64,000 bases of DNA, from contig OX638351.1 in the NCBI GenBank assembly GCA_951813565.1, positions 3,936,001-4,000,000 on the forward strand, written 5' to 3'. A program made the translations under genes and the position numbers. This document shows, in pieces, positions 54,279-62,461 of the stretch. How positions within the stretch are numbered: the stretch's first letter is position 1; each line of letters begins with the position of its first letter. The notes beneath the pieces are model-generated. The model saw only the letters and a list, made by a program, of their open reading frames with translations. It was not told where the DNA came from and made no database searches. This stretch comes from an uncultured Poribacteria bacterium (GTDB lineage: Bacteria > Poribacteria > WGA-4E > WGA-3G).

Positions 54279-54650
54279 TACTATAGTTTGGACAATTTAC
54301 ATATTGTTCGAGGACTTGCTGAGAAACTGTTAGGTGTCCAAAGCAAAATATTGGACACCTGTCGCCCCGCTGGGGCTTTAGACAGCGGCAATTACCTTCT
54401 TCTATATACCTGTCGCCCCGCTGGGGCTAAGGTGTCATCTTATATTATTTATATTTTCTGCGATTTTGCTGGCTGAAAGAACTCGTCCAAAAATACCTTT
54501 TGGGCAGCCCCAGCGGGGCGACAGGTGTATAGAAACGCGGTAAACAACCCGCTTCAGCCCCAGCGGGGCGACAGGTGTCCAATATGAAAACTATATGTTT
54601 TTCTCTAACCCAACCTCACGAAAACAGCTAAAATTGTCCAAAGTATAGTA
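54279..54650. mobile_element. 372-bp MITE with inverted REP doublets
   Basis: 20-bp TIRs TACTATA(G/C)TTTGGACAATTT, TSD ATTA; internal ACCTGTCGCCCCGCTGGGGCT twice and its inverse twice. Confidence 0.8.
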
Positions 54651-54663
54651 ATTATAGGTTTTA

Positions 54664-56061
54664 CTATAATCCGTTATTTTGTTTTTTTAGTCGGTTACCG
54701 AGTTGTGCGGCGATGTTCTTTCCGCGTTGGGTTACGTGTTGTCCGGAACGTGTGACATGAACTACCCCCTGCTTCAACGTATGTTGCACTCTGTTTTGCA
54801 GAGTTTTTGTTCGGGGTGAGGGGAGCGGTTGATAACAACCATCTTTGTCAAAAACGTGTCCAAGAAATTCAATTCCGTTGTCAAAGTGTGCGATTTTCGT
54901 CTTTTTAGGGTTCAGTTGTAGATTAAGTGTTGCAAGCCGTTTTTGCGCACAATTCAGTGCTTGTCGCGCGCGCCCTTCACTTCGGCACAGCATCAGCGAG
55001 TCATCTGCGTATCGTACCATCCGTATACCAGCCCGTGTCACTGCTTTGTCAAATGCATGCAAGTAAAGGTTCGCTAACAGTGGCGAGAGTGGTGAACCTT
55101 GGATAATTCCGATTTTGCGAGGTTGGTTCAGTCGTTCTTTCACAATACCTACGACAGTAGGTGCAGCGAACGCTGCTAAAGCGAGAGGGGCAATCACAAT
55201 TAAGTTTTTAGTGGCAAGCAGCGATCCTATCCTTTTTGAGTTGGCAAGTAATAGGAGTAGTCCGTCACGACCTAAGTTAACAAGGAATTGATTAAAAGTA
55301 TATTCGCGGAGTTGACTCTGTTGGATACCAAATTCGGTGTCGTGGTCCAACCAATCGTCTGTCATTGAGGCATCACTAATCTGCCGATAGGTGTCGAGAT
55401 GGGATGAACGCTGCAGCAGCTGGTTAATCACTTGTTCAATTCCTTGTCCGATGGAGGAAGCCGTATTTTCAATGTGAGCTACCCATCTGGTGCATTTCGG
55501 AGGCTCCACAATCCCGCCCATATCAAGCCACATCTGAATGAGTCTAAGGATAGGTGTTTCTTTAATTGTAGCTCGGAGAAAACGCATCAGAATACGGTTA
55601 TCCATCGTGCCAAAGAAATTCTGGATATCCGCATCAACCACCCATTCGTACCCCTCGGCGCGGATAGCGTTTACCTGAGCAACTGCTTGTGGTACGCCTC
55701 GATTTGGACGATAACCGAAACTACAATCCAAGAATTTTGCCTCGTAAATCGGCGTGATGAGATCACAAACAGCACGTTGAACGATGCGATCTTTGAGTGC
55801 CAAAACAGAGATTTCGCGTGCGCTGCCGTTCGCTTTTTTCATCGTGAACTTTTGAACTGGCAGCGGATAGTAGCGTTCCTCGGCAAGTTCACGTGCAAGT
55901 TGCCGGAGATGCTTCACAAGGTTCACTTCAAACTGTTGGATGGTAATACCATCACTACCAGGACCGCCTTTATTCGCGCGGACTTTTCGCCACGCTGCTG
56001 CTAACGTTTCAGTTTGACATAGCTGCGTTGTGAGAGACGTTGTAGGGACATAGTTAAACAA
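54664..56061 (-). CDS. CRISPR-associated group II intron-like reverse transcriptase (stand-alone)
   Basis: RT0 NKGGPGSDG, DRIVQRA, SFGYRPNR, DADI, QGSPLSPLLAN, YADD, FLG; no maturase/En domain; lies between cas1 and the CRISPR leader. Confidence 0.92.
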   Translation of the reverse strand: MFNYVPTTSLTTQLCQTETLAAAWRKVRANKGGPGSDGITIQQFEVNLVKHLRQLARELAEERYYPLPVQKFTMKKANGSAREISVLALKDRIVQRAVCDLITPIYEAKFLDCSFGYRPNRGVPQAVAQVNAIRAEGYEWVVDADIQNFFGTMDNRILMRFLRATIKETPILRLIQMWLDMGGIVEPPKCTRWVAHIENTASSIGQGIEQVINQLLQRSSHLDTYRQISDASMTDDWLDHDTEFGIQQSQLREYTFNQFLVNLGRDGLLLLLANSKRIGSLLATKNLIVIAPLALAAFAAPTVVGIVKERLNQPRKIGIIQGSPLSPLLANLYLHAFDKAVTRAGIRMVRYADDSLMLCRSEGRARQALNCAQKRLATLNLQLNPKKTKIAHFDNGIEFLGHVFDKDGCYQPLPSPRTKTLQNRVQHTLKQGVVHVTRSGQHVTQRGKNIAAQLGNRLKKQNNGL

Positions 56062-56476
56062 TTAGAATCCTCCTTTTTTAATGGAACATACCATCTAACG
56101 TGTCTATTAGAAATAAGAGATGGGTTTGGAGTAAAGTGAAAAAGTTACGAGATTTTGACCTAACAAAATATAGAGGCATTACGAAGAAAAAGGATAGTAA
56201 TATTTAAAAATTTTGACATTTAGACAAATTTAGGGTATACTTTAATAAATACAAACGCGATTGAACGATTGATTGCTGATGGTGATTAAATTGTCCATGA
56301 ACACATAAGGCACCTTGCTTTTGGGTGTTTTTTGCGGGAAAATCGTGTTTGGTTCAGTGTTCATGCGGGTTTAGAGGGTTTTGGACGGAATTTGGGTATT
56401 AAAAAAATCCCAAAAATCTTCGCGTTTGGTTTTGGCTAATTTAGCCCGCACTGTGACAGGGTTTGGAAGGGGTGCG
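56062..56476 (+). promoter_or_regulatory. CRISPR leader with sigma70 promoter (TTGACA 56213, TATACT 56236)
   Basis: AT-rich non-coding DNA before the first perfect repeat; 17-bp promoter spacer. Confidence 0.75.
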
Positions 56477-59400
56477 GTTCGGAAAGCCTTTCCCGTTTGA
56501 AGGGAATTGAAACGCGGGCTTTAGCCGCCTTGACTAGGTTGTCATTGGGTTCGGAAAGCCTTTCCCGTTTGAAGGGAATTGAAACCAACCTTACCAAACC
56601 CGATTCTTAGGATTTGGCCTTCGTTCGGAAAGCCTTTCCCGTTTGAAGGGAATTGAAACTCATTGGTGGTTGTGACACCAAAGCCAACCTTCAACACGTT
56701 CGGAAAGCCTTTCCCGTTTGAAGGGAATTGAAACACAAACTCTTTTTTTTGGCTCTTACTCCTCCTCCCCGGTTCGGAAAGCCTTTCCCGTTTGAAGGGA
56801 ATTGAAACTACCCATACAGCCTAGAGTCGAAATCTGGAATAGGGCCGAGTTCGGAAAGCCTTTCCCGTTTGAAGGGAATTGAAACTGACTTACAGTCACG
56901 ATGTACGAATTTTCCTTGGGGAAAGTTCGGAAAGCCTTTCCCGTTTGAAGGGAATTGAAACCTCTTTTAATGCCTAAATGACTACAGCCATTCTTCTACC
57001 GTTCGGAAAGCCTTTCCCGTTTGAAGGGAATTGAAACACCTTAATGCACTTGACTTCGAAATTTTCTGCCCATGTTCGGAAAGCCTTTCCCGTTTGAAGG
57101 GAATTGAAACCTCTGGCTCTGGCTCAATCGGTGCATCATCTACCGTTCGGAAAGCCTTTCCCGTTTGAAGGGAATTGAAACTCATAGACCCCGATTGCTG
57201 GGAACAAGTGAGCGATCGCGTGTTCGGAAAGCCTTTCCCGTTTGAAGGGAATTGAAACAAATTTTGTCAGTGGTGGCCTTTTCGTCTCTCAAAAAAGTTC
57301 GGAAAGCCTTTCCCGTTTGAAGGGAATTGAAACTATCTGGAGCTCAATGCTCCGTAAGTCGTTTCCGGGTTCAGTTCGGAAAGCCTTTCCCGTTTGAAGG
57401 GAATTGAAACTCCTTTGATGTTCGGTGTTTGAAAAAACAATCTCCGTTCGGAAAGCCTTTCCCGTTTGAAGGGAATTGAAACATATACTCTTTTGAGCCA
57501 AGCCCTTCGTTTGGATTGTATAGTTCGGAAAGCCTTTCCCGTTTGAAGGGAATTGAAACCTTTCCTCTGTATCTTGTAATAACTCATTTCTGCGTTCGGA
57601 AAGCCTTTCCCGTTTGAAGGGAATTGAAACTTCGCGATACTGTCCGCTAAATCCAACATCACAATCAGTTCGGAAAGCCTTTCCCGTTTGAAGGGAATTG
57701 AAACATGATATTGAATTTCACTTCGGTCAATTTGCGACGAGTTCGGAAAGCCTTTCCCGTTTGAAGGGAATTGAAACGAAACCAGTTACGGAGCCATGCT
57801 ACCCCTAAAACTTGTTCGGAAAGCCTTTCCCGTTTGAAGGGAATTGAAACCCATTCTGCGGTCTCTACAATTTTAAATTTTATTTCGTTCGGAAAGCCTT
57901 TCCCGTTTGAAGGGAATTGAAACGCTTGCATACCCGGCGGTACCAAAGTTGTTGAATTGCGTTCGGAAAGCCTTTCCCGTTTGAAGGGAATTGAAACGGT
58001 TCACCGACAATAGCTATGGTGGTGCCATCAAACAGTTCGGAAAGCCTTTCCCGTTTGAAGGGAATTGAAACATGGTGGTGCCATCAAACAATTCTGCTGA
58101 GGCAGCTACGTTCGGAAAGCCTTTCCCGTTTGAAGGGAATTGAAACCAACGACCCTTACCGCTTTCACGGTGCCGTCTTTTTGTTCGGAAAGCCTTTCCC
58201 GTTTGAAGGGAATTGAAACATCACGACTGTAGTTCGATATTGCGTCGTCTACGTTCGTTCGGAAAGCCTTTCCCGTTTGAAGGGAATTGAAACGAGAAGA
58301 AACTATGGAAACGACTATTAGAGAAACGGTTCGGAAAGCCTTTCCCGTTTGAAGGGAATTGAAACGCAAATCATAATGAACACTATCATCAGGCCGGCAC
58401 ACAAAGTTCGGAAAGCCTTTCCCGTTTGAAGGGAATTGAAACACCTCCGTGATTTCGTGACCGACGATTACTCCATTTTTAGTTCGGAAAGCCTTTCCCG
58501 TTTGAAGGGAATTGAAACCTATAGTAACTGGTAAGGAGGCTGAGCCATTCAGCAGAAGTTCGGAAAGCCTTTCCCGTTTGAAGGGAATTGAAACTTTTCT
58601 CAGCCGTCTTTCCCAGCGCCGCTTGTTGTACGTTCGGAAAGCCTTTCCCGTTTGAAGGGAATTGAAACCGTTAAGATCAAGAGCGTAATTGTCGTTCTAA
58701 GTTTCAAGTTCGGAAAGCCTTTCCCGTTTGAAGGGAATTGAAACACTATTAAGTATCGGGGTGGGTGTGCGATTGTCTTAACTGTTCGGAAAGCCTTTCC
58801 CGTTTGAAGGGAATTGAAACACGATGGCGTCGTTAGAAGTGACTTCGTCCCCAAAACGTTCGGAAAGCCTTTCCCGTTTGAAGGGAATTGAAACTATTTG
58901 CCGACAGCTTTGCTAATACCTTCTTAGCTGACCTCGTTCGGAAAGCCTTTCCCGTTTGAAGGGAATTGAAACATTTCGTTAAGCACAGCCAAAATCAGTT
59001 CTCCTTTGGTTCGGAAAGCCTTTCCCGTTTGAAGGGAATTGAAACACACTACCATCCTAGAGCTGCCAGAGGTGTTCTCTGACTGGTTCGGAAAGCCTTT
59101 CCCGTTTGAAGGGAATTGAAACAAGAAACAATAAATTCGTATGCTGTCTTTCCCAGGCGTCGTTCGGAAAGCCTTTCCCGTTTGAAGGGAATTGAAACAA
59201 GCGTAAGTATCCATCTCTTCTCCTTATTATGTGCGTTCGGAAAGCCTTTCCCGTTTGAAGGGAATTGAAACACTTTTTCTGTCTTACCAACATTATATTT
59301 TCCTCCTGAGTTCGGAAAGCCTTTCCCGTTTGAAGGGAATTGAAACAAATCATTCTTGACACGATCACTAAGAGAGTTCTCGTTCGGAAAGCCTTTCCCG

Positions 59401-60457
59401 TTTGAAGGGAATTGAAACAATGACTGCAAGATAAGAGCAAATAACGCATTAACTCGTTCGGAAAGCCTTTCCCGTTTGAAGGGAATTGAAACGGGTTTTA
59501 TTAAACAATCACACCAACTATAGAAATCGTTCGGAAAGCCTTTCCCGTTTGAAGGGAATTGAAACCTACTCTTCATACTGGCCCAAGCCCAACACCGCTA
59601 GGATTGGTTCGGAAAGCCTTTCCCGTTTGAAGGGAATTGAAACGAATCAAAGAACCCGTCTCGGAACTCCGTCATTGGCGTTCGGAAAGCCTTTCCCGTT
59701 TGAAGGGAATTGAAACACGATAAATCGTATCGGGGTGGGTGTGTTGCGATTGTTCGGAAAGCCTTTCCCGTTTGAAGGGAATTGAAACAAAATCCAGAGC
59801 CGCAAAAAAAATGATAGTTGCCATGTTCGGAAAGCCTTTCCCGTTTGAAGGGAATTGAAACATTTGTAGTGACAACCTTCCCAAAACCAATCTTCAACAG
59901 TTCGGAAAGCCTTTCCCGTTTGAAGGGAATTGAAACAGAAACAAAAAAGAAGTCAGTAAAGTTGGATAAACAATGTTCGGAAAGCCTTTCCCGTTTGAAG
60001 GGAATTGAAACAGAAAATTCCCGGTGGCTACGGTTGCCTCTGCCCCAACGTGTTCGGAAAGCCTTTCCCGTTTGAAGGGAATTGAAACTCATGCGGCGGT
60101 CATACCGCCCGCACCGCCACCTTTGATCGTTCGGAAAGCCTTTCCCGTTTGAAGGGAATTGAAACAGCCATGTTTTCAGTGGCTAGCGAGGACAGAGTTT
60201 CGTTCGGAAAGCCTTTCCCGTTTGAAGGGAATTGAAACATGTGGCGGCCTTCACCATGACGTCATTTGTAGTGGTTCGGAAAGCCTTTCCCGTTTGAAGG
60301 GAATTGAAACCTACGACCATAGCGGTTGAACAACGCCATAATAAGTTCGGAAAGCCTTTCCCGTTTGAAGGGAATAGAAACTTGTAATCTCATCATCAAC
60401 ATATCTGTTTCAGTGACTTTGTTCGGAAAGCCTTTCCCGTTTGAAGGGAATTGATAA
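56477..60457 (+). CRISPR. CRISPR array, 54 repeats (37 bp GTTCGGAAAGCCTTTCCCGTTTGAAGGGAATTGAAAC), 53 spacers of 34-41 nt
   Basis: manual count; 3' ATTGAAAC handle and two degenerate distal repeats give + orientation. Confidence 0.98.
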
Positions 60458-60501
60458 ATTATCTCAAATTCAGGTTGTAAAACTTAGAAAGGAGGAAAGA
60501 G

Positions 60502-61455
60502 TTGATGAAAATTGTTCTTGCTGGTCCCCCTCAATCTGGTAAAAGTTGCTTACGTGAGGGATTGAAGCAGGCTATTCTTGGACTCCAGCGTAACAATTCG
60601 GATATACCATATCCTTATGTAATCACAGCGTGTCCGGATGGTGAAGGAGCATGGTTTCAAGAAACCACGAAAAAATATCCCGAGGTTGCTAAAGCCTGCA
60701 AGGAAGCCTATAAAGGCAAATTCACGCCAAAATTTGTTAAGCTTGTTGCTAAGCATGTACGTAAATGTAAGCAAACCTTGACTATGGTGGACATCGGTGG
60801 ACTTATTAGTAAGGAAAATAAAAAGATATGCAAAGGAGCAACGCATATCGTAATTCTGGCTGGCAACGATTCGGAAAGCGGCGAATGTTGGGATGTCCGG
60901 ATAGCGGAATGGAGAGGATTCGCGAAAGCGTTGGATTTGACTGTGGTGGCAGAGATATTTTCTGATTACCACAGCAAAGCAGATGTTGTTGAAAACGTTG
61001 GCTCGGATAACATCCTCCGCGGAAGTGTTCATTATCTTAAAAGAGGAGTAGACATTGTGGATCGTCCAATGGTTCAGGCATTGGCTCGGCATATTCTTAC
61101 TATAGCGGGGTATCCGCTTACGGGCGAACCTTCTGCGGAATCATCGACCTACATCATTACCCGTGATAAAAACGGTATTTTGCGGGTTGGCTTCGGCACA
61201 CCAGGTGATAACACTCAAATTGTGAAGGATGCCGCTGTGCGTTTGGACGCTATGGAAGAAGCAGGCGAGTTAAGCGGTGGTGATTTACTCAAAATCAATG
61301 GTCCCGCATCATTGCCGGTCGCTATGTTCCTGGGGCATAGGTTGTCTGACCTGTTTGAGGTGATTGCATGCTTTGATCCGAGGATGGATCAGTACGTCAT
61401 CGCAATCAGTCGTAGTTCCGACTCTAAATATGCTGTTGGAAATGTAATTGATTAG
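60502..61455 (+). CDS. csx3: P-loop ATPase fused to Csx3/Crn3 ring nuclease
   Basis: Walker A GPPQSGKS, ACPDGEG.W; C-terminal ILRVGFG..N.QIVKDA, INGPASLPVA, FDPR. Confidence 0.85.
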   Translation: MMKIVLAGPPQSGKSCLREGLKQAILGLQRNNSDIPYPYVITACPDGEGAWFQETTKKYPEVAKACKEAYKGKFTPKFVKLVAKHVRKCKQTLTMVDIGGLISKENKKICKGATHIVILAGNDSESGECWDVRIAEWRGFAKALDLTVVAEIFSDYHSKADVVENVGSDNILRGSVHYLKRGVDIVDRPMVQALARHILTIAGYPLTGEPSAESSTYIITRDKNGILRVGFGTPGDNTQIVKDAAVRLDAMEEAGELSGGDLLKINGPASLPVAMFLGHRLSDLFEVIACFDPRMDQYVIAISRSSDSKYAVGNVID

Positions 61456-61515
61456 TTCTCAATACAAATGCAGAGTGCTTTGCAAAGTAGAAAGCGATTG
61501 AACAGTGCGCTTCTG

Positions 61516-61537
61516 CTTTACCGTTTGAAGGGCATTG
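61516..61537 (+). repeat. relic CRISPR repeat fragment
   Basis: CTTTACCGTTTGAAGGGCATTG matches the array repeat at 20/22. Confidence 0.6.
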
Positions 61538-61736
61538 GTCCGGCACAGGCACCCGCTAATGCTATACGCGTTTGTCTGTCAATGAACTACACACACACAA
61601 ACAGCGATACCTGTCCATCTACGAGACAGATAAATAAAAAAGGCACGCTTCTAAAGCGCGCCTACATTCATGTTGTTTTCGCGTGGCACAGAGACCTCGC
61701 GCTACAGTGTGTATAAAATACGATTAGGATCACATA

Positions 61737-62012
61737 TTAAACGACAATTGTCTTAGGTTCCGACGTTACATCCCCGACAGCAGGCACTTCAATGCGTCCG
61801 GCGCAAGCATTACAAAGCGCGTAGTACCGCACTGAATCTTCTGAAGAATCGATAATATCCGCAACAGCATGTTTTAATTCCTCATACTGTTTTCGGTTCA
61901 GATGTGCTTCAAACACGCTGTATTGGACACGAGTACCGAATCCTTTAAGTGCTTTCGCAAGTTGACTCCGCCTTCGGTCATCCGGAATATCGTAAGAGAT
62001 AAGATAGAACAT
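61737..62012 (-). CDS. cas2: CRISPR-associated Cas2
   Basis: YLISYDI.DDRRR, RVQYSVFE, EDSVRYY.LC..C. Confidence 0.96.
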   Translation of the reverse strand: MFYLISYDIPDDRRRSQLAKALKGFGTRVQYSVFEAHLNRKQYEELKHAVADIIDSSEDSVRYYALCNACAGRIEVPAVGDVTSEPKTIVV

Positions 62013-62061
62013 CAAATTTCCCTCCATTGATTATGGCTGAATTAATCAGTTCCCACCATTT

Positions 62062-62253
62062 TTGATAATAGCCGCTATATTTGGCATATTTCTCATCATC
62101 GGTATCGCTAAGCGCGCGGTGCGCCTCTTAATCTGGGTCACTGTTATTTTTGTGATTCTCATCGGGCTTGGTATTATGAAACAATCTGAGTTACTTGGCT
62201 GGTTTGAGAATATATTTATAGTAAAATCCAATAATATGTTCACATTTCAATGA
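62062..62253 (+). CDS. small membrane protein, 3' end altered by a MITE
   Basis: two hydrophobic segments; start unclear. Confidence 0.35.
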   Translation: MIIAAIFGIFLIIGIAKRAVRLLIWVTVIFVILIGLGIMKQSELLGWFENIFIVKSNNMFTFQ

Positions 62254-62330
62254 ACAGCAATTCCCACACGCATGCGCTGGCGAGGTTTCCTAACCTCGCC
62301 AATGTAAAGGTAATTGTGAATTTTACTATA
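62217..62330. mobile_element. ~113-bp MITE (inverted copy of 33097-33209)
   Basis: sequence similarity and TATAGT/ACTATA ends. Confidence 0.7.
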
Positions 62331-62372
62331 ATATGGTGGAGTGATAGTGTAGCGGCTAACTCGGAGAAGTAA

Positions 62373-62461
62373 TACCAAATTACCCAAAATCGTAGGGGCG
62401 GGTCTCTGTGCCCGCCCGTGTTCTCGGCAGTGAAAACAATACAAAACTTGTTAATTTGGTA
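62373..62461. mobile_element. 89-bp REP-carrying MITE (copy 2)
   Basis: TIRs, TSD TAA; supplies the cas6 stop codon. Confidence 0.9.

Noticed and set aside
54279..54650. Possible mini-CRISPR or RT template RNA between RT and cas1
   Set aside because: The repeats are inverted REP doublets inside a TIR/TSD-bounded MITE, unrelated to the CRISPR repeat.
54664..56061. RT as group II intron, retron or DGR
   Set aside because: No maturase/endonuclease domain, no recognisable intron ends, no TR/VR pair or msr-msd seen; the cas1/leader context explains it.
57705..57886. Spacers 17 and 19 (EVKFNI, EIKFKIVETAEW) as N-termini of archaeal-type Csx3
   Set aside because: Too short and generic to count without an HMM test.
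56542..60092. Many ORFs with repeated FQFPSNGKGFPN / SESLSRLKGIET peptides
   Set aside because: They are translations of the CRISPR repeat, not genes.
60502..61455. Self-targeting of the host csx3 by the Csx3-like spacers
   Set aside because: Similarity is at protein level only; the nucleotide sequences differ at many positions (e.g. sp28 vs 61231-61266).
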